Shown piece by piece: positions 9,780 to 18,438 of a DNA stretch of 64,000 bases. The notes under the pieces were generated by a model, which saw nothing but the letters and a program-made list of their open reading frames with translations, searched no databases and was not told where the DNA came from. Numbering within the stretch: the stretch's first letter is position 1; the number at the start of each line of letters is the position of its first letter. The DNA is from an uncultured Granulosicoccaceae bacterium (GTDB lineage Bacteria; Pseudomonadota; Gammaproteobacteria; Granulosicoccales; Granulosicoccaceae): positions 5,262 through 69,261 of the forward strand of contig CALGNZ010000019.1 of NCBI GenBank assembly GCA_937957915.1. The letters are read 5' to 3'. The translations under genes were made by a program, and so were the position numbers.

Positions 9780-10829
9780 TTGAATCAATTCGAGCTGGAT
9801 CAGGTCAGCATTAACATTGGCACCACAGCCATTGTGCACGATGTGAGCTTTGCACTGGAGCAGGGACAAATTGGCTGCTTACTCGGCCCCAGCGGGTCAG
9901 GTAAAACCACTTTGCTGCGCGCCATTGCCGGATTTCAGGATCTGAACCATGGATCCATTACGCTGCGAGGCGAGGTAATGAGCAGCACAGACACCATGGT
10001 ACCTGCGGAAAAGCGGCGCATTGGCATGATGTTTCAGGACCTCGCATTGTTCCCGCACTTAAGTGTGGCCGACAATATTGCTTTTGGCATCAGTAATCTG
10101 TCGCGTGCCGATGCCAAACAGCGGGTTGATGATTTACTCAGCATCGTCAATATGAAAGCCCTGCAAACGAAGTACCCGCATGAACTGTCGGGCGGTCAGC
10201 AACAGCGGGTAGCGCTGATACGCGCTATGGCGCCAAAGCCCGATTTAATGTTACTCGACGAACCTTTCAGCAGCCAGGACACCGAACTGCGTGTGCAACT
10301 GGTTCAGGAGGTCCGCGAAATTCTCAAGGAAGATAACGTCACCGCTATTCTGGTAACCCACGATCAACACGAAGCGTTTGCCATTGCCGACGGCATTGGC
10401 GTACTCAATAACGGAAGTTTGTCGCAATGGGATACCGCCTACAATCTATACCATACTCCAACCGACCGGTTTGTTGCGGACTTCGTCGGTGAGGGTGTCC
10501 TCATCTGCGGCAATATTATTGACGGTAAAACCGTACAGACCGAGCTTGGCGATGTAAACGGTGAGCTGGCCTTTGATCTGCCCAGAGGCATGGAAGTAGA
10601 CCTGCTGGTCAGACCCGATGATATTATTCACGATGACTACAGCACCTACCGAGGCACGGTTCTGAAAAAAAGTTTTCGCGGTGCCGATCATCTGTACACA
10701 TTGCGCATGCCCGGTGGCACAAACGTTATGTGTCTGGCGCCAAGCCATCATGATCACAAGCTGGGTGAGAATATTGGCGTGAGATTAAGGATTGACCACC
10801 TGGTGGCGTTTCCAAAAACCGCACCCTGA
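9780..10829 (+). CDS. ABC transporter ATP-binding protein (Fe3+/polyamine/sulfate-importer type with C-terminal TOBE-like domain)
   Basis: Walker A GPSGSGKTT, signature LSGGQQQRV and Walker B LMLLDEP. The start is TTG. No permease or binding-protein gene is adjacent. Confidence 0.85.
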   Translation: MNQFELDQVSINIGTTAIVHDVSFALEQGQIGCLLGPSGSGKTTLLRAIAGFQDLNHGSITLRGEVMSSTDTMVPAEKRRIGMMFQDLALFPHLSVADNIAFGISNLSRADAKQRVDDLLSIVNMKALQTKYPHELSGGQQQRVALIRAMAPKPDLMLLDEPFSSQDTELRVQLVQEVREILKEDNVTAILVTHDQHEAFAIADGIGVLNNGSLSQWDTAYNLYHTPTDRFVADFVGEGVLICGNIIDGKTVQTELGDVNGELAFDLPRGMEVDLLVRPDDIIHDDYSTYRGTVLKKSFRGADHLYTLRMPGGTNVMCLAPSHHDHKLGENIGVRLRIDHLVAFPKTAP

Positions 10830-10903
10830 AAGATGTGATACCGGCATTCACGCTTTACTACCCATTCCACCGTTTCCGGTGGAATGGGTGTGTATCGCTC
10901 GCG

Positions 10904-12553
10904 TTAAAACCCGACAGCGCCCGGAAGGCTGATTTCATCCGGGTCGTGCAGTTCAACGGGCTGTGTAAGTTCTGAATCAAGTTTGGTTAACGAACTTGCA
11001 GCGCCACAACTTCCGAATACCAGATACTCAGCAGCGCTTTTCACCATACCCTCGATGTCACCATCAATCACGCCGAAGTCTCGGGACAAATCATCAAAGA
11101 CGGTACAGTCCGCCGGAATACCTCCAAACACACTGACCCCCCGTGCATTTTCTCCTTCGGCAGACATCGCAAATATACTTTTGCCGCAGAAGTCACGCGC
11201 ACCGGATACATAGGGCTTGCCCGCTGTGCCGGAACCGACAGTCATCACATCGATATAGGGTTTCAATGAGTTAATGACTATTTCGGATGAGGATGCAGTA
11301 GCGTTGGACGTAATTACGACCAATCGCTTCAGACCAAGATTGATCTGTTGCGGTTCAAAAAACCGTTCAGTATCCAGCTGCCGATACTTATCATTATTCC
11401 GATACTTAATGAGCAGCTCGCCATCAGTGTCCGGCCCGGCAATCTGGCTAATAAGCTTGCGCGCTATACGGGTCAGTCCACCACCGTTATAACGAAGATC
11501 GAGGATCAGATCGGTAACATCGTTTTGCAAAAAACTATTTAGCGCCTGGTCAAGTTCAGATTCTGAAGGGCCCAGAAACCTTTCAAATACCAGGTAACCT
11601 ATTTTGCCGCTATATTCGGGGTGCGTGATTATTTGTGAGTGCAGCACGGTATTAATAGTGTACACACTCTGCGTCAACTCGATTTGGCGTGTCTCGTTAG
11701 TGGCTGAATCACGAAACACCCAGATTGTCGGCAACGGGTTGTCTATAGTGCCCAGCAAATCATTATAGAGAGTTGAATCAATATCATCCCACGGAATATT
11801 GTTGACCGATACAATGATGTCGCTACGCTTTACGTTTGCACGCCCCATCGGAGAATCAGCATACACTCGCGCTATTCTGGGCAGTCCGTTGCTATCTCTT
11901 CTTAAGCGATAACCCATACCAAAGCTCGTGCCCTCAGCGAATAGCTCCGCCTGCTGTGCGGCGTCTCTAATATTACTGAAAGGATCCACCTCGGCCACTC
12001 GCAGACTGGCGATTAAATCTTCCGGTCGCTCAAAATCATTGACATTAAGAGTGGGCACTTGCTTGTAAAAAAGATAATAGTCTCGCATTTGCCGATCAAC
12101 CCACCGATTTTGCGATGGCACCGAGCAATCATTGGTCGCAGAAATAGAATACGCAGACGCCTCACGACCAAAGACAATTGCGTACTGTGCATTGTCTGCA
12201 CTGCATATGTCGTCTACATACGCCGAATTTGCTGTGCAAACTATATTGTCGTTAGAAAAATTCTGGTTCGGGTACAAGTAAAGGTTGGCGTTGCCAGAGA
12301 TAGTCGAAAGCACCACCTGACTGCCAGCCGGCACTGAATAGACGCGACTTTCCCCATCTGCAACTGAAGCGGTTATCGGAGCATCTTCTGCAAGAATGCT
12401 GGTAACGCCGGTATTGGCGCAGTCATCGCCTACCGCTGAGTCGCAGTTTTCTCCAACCTGTGGGAGCACCACTGGTGTGCTCGAATCGACAACAGCAGAC
12501 GAATTGCCTCCACATCCGCTCAATAAAACAGCAAACCCGGCAAGAGCCATCAT
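10904..12553 (-). CDS. S41 family peptidase, predicted lipoprotein
   Basis: S41 signatures LILDLRYNGGG and TSNATASSSEIV, plus a lipobox LLSGC after MMALAGFAV. The start is uncertain because the ORF extends to 12688 through a 15-nt tandem repeat. Confidence 0.72.
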   Translation of the reverse strand: MMALAGFAVLLSGCGGNSSAVVDSSTPVVLPQVGENCDSAVGDDCANTGVTSILAEDAPITASVADGESRVYSVPAGSQVVLSTISGNANLYLYPNQNFSNDNIVCTANSAYVDDICSADNAQYAIVFGREASAYSISATNDCSVPSQNRWVDRQMRDYYLFYKQVPTLNVNDFERPEDLIASLRVAEVDPFSNIRDAAQQAELFAEGTSFGMGYRLRRDSNGLPRIARVYADSPMGRANVKRSDIIVSVNNIPWDDIDSTLYNDLLGTIDNPLPTIWVFRDSATNETRQIELTQSVYTINTVLHSQIITHPEYSGKIGYLVFERFLGPSESELDQALNSFLQNDVTDLILDLRYNGGGLTRIARKLISQIAGPDTDGELLIKYRNNDKYRQLDTERFFEPQQINLGLKRLVVITSNATASSSEIVINSLKPYIDVMTVGSGTAGKPYVSGARDFCGKSIFAMSAEGENARGVSVFGGIPADCTVFDDLSRDFGVIDGDIEGMVKSAAEYLVFGSCGAASSLTKLDSELTQPVELHDPDEISLPGAVGF

Positions 12554-12644
12554 ACGTGTACAGGGTTTAAGGGCAAGGGCAAACCGGTGTTGCGCGCTAT
12601 TGGAGATTCTTGATAGTAGAGCGGTCGATATTTTAGCGGTCAAT

Positions 12645-12689
12645 ATTTGAACGGGCGTGATTTGAACGGGCATGATTTGAACGGGCATG
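12645..12689. repeat. tandem repeat 3 x 15 nt (atttgaacgggcrtg)
   Basis: Read directly. On the minus strand it encodes MPVQI/MPVQI/TPVQI at the 5' extreme of the long S41 ORF. Confidence 0.9.
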
Positions 12690-12871
12690 GTGCGTATACT
12701 CCTCGCAGAATGTGCCAGATATCCGAACCCTACTTTGCTGCCAGGAGACTGATTGCCTCAAACGTAATGTGCCACGTTCAGAGAAAGACACTGATCCGGT
12801 GCCTCAATACTAAGGTATCGAACCCCGATGCAACAAGTATTTTACTCACCGGGGTGTAGCACTTAACCCTG

Positions 12872-13192
12872 TCAGCCTGATTTTTTCTCAGCCCGGCGCA
12901 GAAACACACTCATTTCCTTTTCTGCCTGCTTATCTCCTTTTTCAGCAGCAACTGTTATCCCTTGCCGCAGCGTTTCGATAGCTTCGCTGTAAAGACCAGA
13001 CTCGAAATAGCAGCGTCCAAGTAATTTCCAAGCGGCGCTGTATTTTGGATCATGCTCCAGCGCCGCCTTAAAATGCACAATGGATTGTTCGTAGTTTTTT
13101 TCGGTGAAATAGGCATTTCCCAATGAATAGCGCAGCATCGCGTTATCCATACCTTTATCCAGCATCGCAAGAAAAGAGTCTGTTGTGGACAT
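12872..13192 (-). CDS. tetratricopeptide repeat protein (small, ~106 aa)
   Basis: TPR-like helices (LGNAYFTEKNYEQSIVHFKAALEHDPKYSAAWKLLGRCYFESGLYSEAIETL). The ATG at 13192 was chosen because the upstream part of the ORF is low-complexity. Confidence 0.65.
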   Translation of the reverse strand: MSTTDSFLAMLDKGMDNAMLRYSLGNAYFTEKNYEQSIVHFKAALEHDPKYSAAWKLLGRCYFESGLYSEAIETLRQGITVAAEKGDKQAEKEMSVFLRRAEKKSG

Positions 13193-13286
13193 TAGATTAT
13201 CCTTTTGCCATAACCGGGTTACACACTGTTCCCGGGGTGAGAGCCTGCTGTTTTGCCCTGCTGCGTTGCCCTGCTGTGTTGTCCTG

Positions 13287-13871
13287 CTATTTTGACAAGG
13301 GCTTCTGAGCAACCAGGCATGAACGATTTCGACAGCCCTTGTCGGTTTTACCGGTATTTTGCAGATCAATAAAGACCCGGACCTTCAGATTCGGTATAGC
13401 GTTCAGCAACTCATTGTCATCAAGTAAAAACTCGGGATTACCGGGCCCGACAGATTCATCAGTCTTATTTTTTACAAAGGTTTCGTAGTACAACAACCCA
13501 CCCGGCCGGAGCGCCACCTCAAGCCCGGCAAACAAATCTCTTTGCAGGTAGTTTGATACGACGATAACGTCCCACTGACCTTCAGACAATGAACTGCTCG
13601 ACAAAGACTCAGCGCGTATCCGGATATCAAGAGATCGCTTTTGTGCACTGCTTTGTAGCTGCTCGAGCCCGACTGATGAAATATCAATGGCTGTTGTCTG
13701 CAACCCGGCGCCCGCTAACAATAACGCGTTGCCGCCTCTGCCACTGGCTACATCCACAGCTCTGCCACTCTCGGGTAGCAGATAGGCATATTCAGACAGA
13801 ACCCAACATGCCGCTGGCTCTTCAACGCAACTTTTACTATATATTCTGTCCCACTTTTGCCGAGCGTCCAC
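13287..13871 (-). CDS. class I SAM-dependent methyltransferase
   Basis: Motif I VDVASGRGGNALLLAGAG. The GTG at 13871 is preceded by GGAGGAA and overlaps the trkH stop (TAGTG). Confidence 0.75.
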   Translation of the reverse strand: MDARQKWDRIYSKSCVEEPAACWVLSEYAYLLPESGRAVDVASGRGGNALLLAGAGLQTTAIDISSVGLEQLQSSAQKRSLDIRIRAESLSSSSLSEGQWDVIVVSNYLQRDLFAGLEVALRPGGLLYYETFVKNKTDESVGPGNPEFLLDDNELLNAIPNLKVRVFIDLQNTGKTDKGCRNRSCLVAQKPLSK

Positions 13872-15319
13872 TACTTCCTCCAGAACACCGGCGTTAACAA
13901 TATCAACAACGTAAAAATCTCCAGGCGCCCGAGCAACATGGCAATGCATAGCAGGCTCAGCTGAATGCTGTCCAGCGAGCTATAGTTCAAACTGATTTCA
14001 CCGAGTCCGGGACCGAGGTTATTCAGACAGGCGACCACCGCGGAAAACGCTGTTTCCTGATTAAGACCTGTGGCCATTAACAGCAATAGCATCAGTGCAA
14101 ACACCACTACGTAGGTCGCAAAGAACCCCCACACTGCGTCAATTACTCTCGGCGGCATGCTTTTACGCCCTACTTTAACCGGCACAACCGCTGCCGGGTG
14201 AACCATGCGAGTCAGCTCTCGGTAGCCTTGCTTAAACAGCAAAAGTACCCGGATCACCTTCATGCCACCACCGGTTGATCCGGCACAACCACCAACAAAG
14301 CTTGCAAAAAGCAACAGTACGGGCAGAAAGCCCGGCCAGTTGAAATACTCGGCTGTGGTAAACCCGGTGGTCGTGGCAATAGAGACCACCTGAAACAACC
14401 CGTTAAAAAACGAACTTCTTAAATCGGTGGTATCGGTAAAGTAGAGGTAACCAATGGTTACCATACTCAGCACCAGCAACAGCAGTATATAAACCTTAAA
14501 CTCCGTATCTTCGAAGTAAATCCGCAGCGACCATGATCGCCATGCCAGGTAGTGCAAGGCAAAGTTAACCCCGGAGATCAACATAAACACCACGGCAATC
14601 ATCTCGATGGCTTCGCTGTTGTAGTGGCCGATACTGGCATCGTGAGTAGAGAAACCACCAATCGCGACTGTCGAGAAACTGTGGCCGACAGCATCAAACA
14701 AAGGCATTCCCGCTATCCAGTAACAAAGCATACAAACGAAGGTGAGAAACAGATACACATACCAAAGTATTTTTGCCGTGTCGGTAACACGCGGCGTTAT
14801 TTTTTCTTTTTGCGGGCCCGGCGTCTCAGCTCTGAAAAGCTGCATCCCGCCGCTAATCCCCAACAATGGCAAAATTGCCACGGCCAGCACAATAATACCC
14901 ATGCCTCCCAGCCACTGAACCAACTGACGGTACATCAGTATGCCCTGCGGTAGTGAATCAAGGCCGACGATGACGGTGGCACCGGTGGTCGTAAAGCCCG
15001 ACATCGATTCAAAGACACTCTGAGCTATCGACAAATTAACGGTTTCGTCGAGATACAGCGGTATAGCGCCAAATAAACCCAGCACCGTCCAGAACATCAC
15101 AACGATGACAAAACCGTCGCGCAACTGAATTGGCGCCCGATAATTTCTAAGCGGCAAATAGGCAATCAGGCCAATGAACAGCGTAAGCGCAAAGCCCGAG
15201 AAAAATGACTGGGCAGATCCATCGCGATAGCCAAGCGAAACCAGTGCCGGTACCAGCATGGTTACACTAAAGATCGACAGCAATAACCCGAGTACCCGCA
15301 ATACAACCAGTATCTGCAT
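13871..15319 (-). CDS. trkH: Trk system potassium uptake protein TrkH
   Basis: Polytopic membrane protein with TrkH-type selectivity-filter-like repeats (TTTGAT, IGGFST, TTTGFT, STGGGMK). The ATG at 15319 follows GAGG. Confidence 0.9.
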   Translation of the reverse strand: MQILVVLRVLGLLLSIFSVTMLVPALVSLGYRDGSAQSFFSGFALTLFIGLIAYLPLRNYRAPIQLRDGFVIVVMFWTVLGLFGAIPLYLDETVNLSIAQSVFESMSGFTTTGATVIVGLDSLPQGILMYRQLVQWLGGMGIIVLAVAILPLLGISGGMQLFRAETPGPQKEKITPRVTDTAKILWYVYLFLTFVCMLCYWIAGMPLFDAVGHSFSTVAIGGFSTHDASIGHYNSEAIEMIAVVFMLISGVNFALHYLAWRSWSLRIYFEDTEFKVYILLLLVLSMVTIGYLYFTDTTDLRSSFFNGLFQVVSIATTTGFTTAEYFNWPGFLPVLLLFASFVGGCAGSTGGGMKVIRVLLLFKQGYRELTRMVHPAAVVPVKVGRKSMPPRVIDAVWGFFATYVVVFALMLLLLMATGLNQETAFSAVVACLNNLGPGLGEISLNYSSLDSIQLSLLCIAMLLGRLEIFTLLILLTPVFWRK

Positions 15320-15398
15320 CGTGGTTACCTCGGCTGTGCGCGATACGAAAGCCAACAAGGCCTGTCGCTAACGCAAACCATGGCCTGGATATTAACCA

Positions 15399-16775
15399 TC
15401 AGTATGTAACACCCACCTGAAACAATTTCTCGATTTCGGCTATATGATTTTTATCTACAACCAGTATTATTACGTGATCCTCTGCCTCAATCACCAGATC
15501 ATCATGCGCGATAATAACGTCGCGGCCACGCACCACAGCACCTATTACACTGCTACTATGTAACGGTAAATCACTGATTTTTCGCCCCACAACCTCTGAG
15601 GTGTCCATATCGCCGTGAGCTATAGCCTCAAGCGCTTCAGCTGATCCCTTGCGCAGTGAGTGCACGGCTACCACATCACCACGCCTTACATGGCGCAACA
15701 AAGCACCGATAGTAACGTTGTGCGGAGAGATGGCTATATCGACAAAACCCTGCTCGACCAGGTCTACATAGGCAGGCCGATTAATTAGTGACATCACTTT
15801 GCGAGCGCCCATATCTCTGGCCACCATCGCAGATAGAATATTTGCCTCATCATCATTCGTTAAAGCGCAAAACAAACCCATTGAATCAATGTTTTCTGTT
15901 TGCAACAACTCCTGATCTGCAACATCACCCGCAAGTACACTGGTGTTTTGCAGCACGTCTGCAAGGTACAGCGCACGCTCCTGATTTTTTTCAATCAGCT
16001 TGACGCGATACCGGCCCTTTTCAAGTTTCTCTGCCAGCGCAAGTCCGATGTTTCCACCACCGGCAATCATCACGTGTTTAAAATGCTTTTCAACCCGATG
16101 AAACTGAGACATCGCCTCAACTGCCTTATCACTCGCAGCAATAAAAAAGACAATGTCGCCCTCTTCGATAATTACCGACTTTTCTTCCGGTAGAATGGGC
16201 TCGTTCTTTCGATAAATCGTAGCCAGGCAAATATCTACCTCTGGGAGTAACTCCTTCAGATACGATGGATCACGACCACACATGGCCGCATCTTTTTCAG
16301 TGACTACACCAACCAGTCTGACCAGACCATCCGCGAAATCGACTACTTGTAATGCACCCGGATGTTCGATGATTCGCTGTATGTGATCAGTGACCAGCTG
16401 CTCCGGACTGATCAACACATCGATCGGTATATGCTTTTTCTGGAATAAAACATCTTTTCTGGCAAGGTACTGCTGCGATCGCACACGAGCAATGCGACTG
16501 GTGGTTCGAAACAACGTGTACGCAATCTGACAGGCAATCATATTGGTTTCATCGCTGCTGGTAGCCGCTATGATCATATCCGCGTCCTCAGCACCAGCCT
16601 CCGTCAGCACATTAGGATGGGCTGCGTGACCACGCACCAGGCTGAGGTCAATGGAGCCAAAACTGTCAAGTGCACGCTTATTTAAGTCAACGACGGTGAC
16701 ATCGTTTTTTTCGTCCACCAGATTTCTGGCAACCGCAGAACCAACCTGCCCTGCCCCTAACACTATAATTTTCAC
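15399..16775 (-). CDS. trkA: Trk system potassium uptake protein TrkA
   Basis: 458 aa with duplicated RCK/NAD-binding folds (MKIIVLGAGQVGSAV and VMIAGGGNIGLALA). Confidence 0.93.
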   Translation of the reverse strand: MKIIVLGAGQVGSAVARNLVDEKNDVTVVDLNKRALDSFGSIDLSLVRGHAAHPNVLTEAGAEDADMIIAATSSDETNMIACQIAYTLFRTTSRIARVRSQQYLARKDVLFQKKHIPIDVLISPEQLVTDHIQRIIEHPGALQVVDFADGLVRLVGVVTEKDAAMCGRDPSYLKELLPEVDICLATIYRKNEPILPEEKSVIIEEGDIVFFIAASDKAVEAMSQFHRVEKHFKHVMIAGGGNIGLALAEKLEKGRYRVKLIEKNQERALYLADVLQNTSVLAGDVADQELLQTENIDSMGLFCALTNDDEANILSAMVARDMGARKVMSLINRPAYVDLVEQGFVDIAISPHNVTIGALLRHVRRGDVVAVHSLRKGSAEALEAIAHGDMDTSEVVGRKISDLPLHSSSVIGAVVRGRDVIIAHDDLVIEAEDHVIILVVDKNHIAEIEKLFQVGVTY

Positions 16776-16918
16776 AAAATTGCCCGGTAATGTTCGGCTA
16801 TGCAGGATCGGTGTAGAAAAGTCACGCTGGACCGGATAAAAGTATCTATCAACTTGCGCTGCGCCTGAGCACGTCGGGTTCGCAGCATAGACAAAACGTT
16901 ATTGAAAATTTCCCTGAA

Positions 16919-16966
16919 CGCCACTTTCAACGTCACTTTCAACGTCACTGTGAGCGCCACTTTGAA
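16919..16966. repeat. tandem repeat 4 x 12 nt (cgycacttkcaa-like)
   Basis: Units are cgccactttcaa, cgtcactttcaa, cgtcactgtgag and cgccactttgaa, read directly. It lies in the intergenic region between trkA and the response regulator. Confidence 0.85.
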
Positions 16967-17082
16967 TGCAGGGCACAGCGATAATCCGGTGTAATTGATG
17001 CGCATTGTGAATGTCATTTGAGCTGTCAGTCAGATTTTCAATAACAGACGGTTAGCGCGTTGCAGACAGACTTGTGTGCTGG

Positions 17083-18438
17083 CTAGCCTCGTTTTCGACC
17101 AGCCTTAATACCCACACTGCGGAGCTTGCGATAGAGATGGGTTCGTTCCATCCCGACGATTCGTGCCAGTTCCACGATATTGCCATCAACCTTTTCAAGC
17201 TGTCTTGATAAATAGAGCCTTTCGAACTCGGCTCTGGCTTCGCGCAATGGAACATCCAGCGGCAGTTTCATCACATCGCCAGCCATCTCATAGGATCGCT
17301 CACGATCACTGCCCTGTAGCTGCTCTACTTCGGCTAAGTCAATTTCCACGCCATTGCCCAATATGAGCAATCGCTGCACGAAGTTAATTAGCTCCAATAC
17401 ATTGCCGGGCCAATCCATGTTTCTAAGCTTGTTTTGCGCTGAGACACTAAAGTGGCGATAAGGCAAACCCTCCTGCTCCACCAGCCGATCAACGGTATAC
17501 GTCAGCAATGCGGGAACATCTTCGCGATGATCACGCAGCGGTAAAGTATTAATGACCAATACTGCAAGACGATAATACAGTGCCTCACTGAAATCGCCAC
17601 TGGCCACCGCCTTTTGCGCATCTGCCGAAGCACAGGCAATAATGCGAGCATCAAACGGCACAGACTTTCCACGTACAACCAACTCACCACTCTCAATAGT
17701 CGCGAGCACAATCGCCTGGGCCGCTTTTGGCAACTCGTCGAGATCGGTCAGGCAAAGCGTACCGCCACAAGCGGAACCCAGGTACCCGACATGGTTCTCA
17801 TTGCCAAGCAACTCTCGCTCTGCATTCGCGTCAGACAGGCTATCGCAACGGAGCGTCACAAAGGGTTTGTCTCGACGGTTACTTGCCTGATGGATATGCT
17901 GCGCGATTAGCATCTTGCCGGTTGCTCGATCACCCTGTATCAGGATGCCGGTCTCGTTGTTGCTCGCCGACTTTTCAATGGTGGCCCGAAGCTCTGTGGC
18001 GTATTGACTGCTGCCAACAAACAACGGTAATTTTCTCTCTGCGCGACGTTCACTTTGATCCGGAACGGCATAGTTACTAATTGCCTTTTCTGCTGCCAGT
18101 AACAGCCTCGCCAGCGACAAGGGCTTCTCAATAAAATCTACTGCCCCTAATCGGGTTGCCTCAACAGCTGTTTCAACTGTGCCATGGCCGGAGATCATCA
18201 CCACCGGAAACTTCAGTTGTCCGCCATCTCGCCACTCTTTTAGCAAACTGATACCGTCTTGCTCTGGCATCCAGATATCAAGCAATACCAGATCTGGTGT
18301 TTGCTCGCTGATCGCCTCGCGCGCCACCTTTACATCTTCCGCAACAATTACCGCATAGCCTTCGTCTTCCAATATTTCTTTAACCAGATCGCGAATATCC
18401 GGTTCATCATCTACAACCATAACCAGGGATTGACTCAT
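17083..18438 (-). CDS. NtrX-like response regulator (REC + degenerate AAA+ + Fis-type HTH)
   Basis: REC domain (VMVVDDEPDIRDL...DLVLLDIWMP). The AAA+ region has an atypical Walker A (GDRATGK) and no GAFTGA loop. The C-terminal HTH is NIVELARIVGMERTHLYRKL. Confidence 0.85.
   Translation of the reverse strand: MSQSLVMVVDDEPDIRDLVKEILEDEGYAVIVAEDVKVAREAISEQTPDLVLLDIWMPEQDGISLLKEWRDGGQLKFPVVMISGHGTVETAVEATRLGAVDFIEKPLSLARLLLAAEKAISNYAVPDQSERRAERKLPLFVGSSQYATELRATIEKSASNNETGILIQGDRATGKMLIAQHIHQASNRRDKPFVTLRCDSLSDANAERELLGNENHVGYLGSACGGTLCLTDLDELPKAAQAIVLATIESGELVVRGKSVPFDARIIACASADAQKAVASGDFSEALYYRLAVLVINTLPLRDHREDVPALLTYTVDRLVEQEGLPYRHFSVSAQNKLRNMDWPGNVLELINFVQRLLILGNGVEIDLAEVEQLQGSDRERSYEMAGDVMKLPLDVPLREARAEFERLYLSRQLEKVDGNIVELARIVGMERTHLYRKLRSVGIKAGRKRG

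Noticed and set aside
12812-12860. tRNA-like T-arm string (GGGGTTCGATACC on the minus strand)
   Set aside because: No acceptor stem, D-arm or anticodon arm can be built around it. It is better explained as part of a weak hairpin downstream of the TPR gene.
16772-17017. 81-aa minus-strand ORF between trkA and the response regulator
   Set aside because: Its sequence (…LTVTLKVTLKVAF…) is just the translation of the 12-nt tandem repeat. It has no RBS and overlaps the trkA start.
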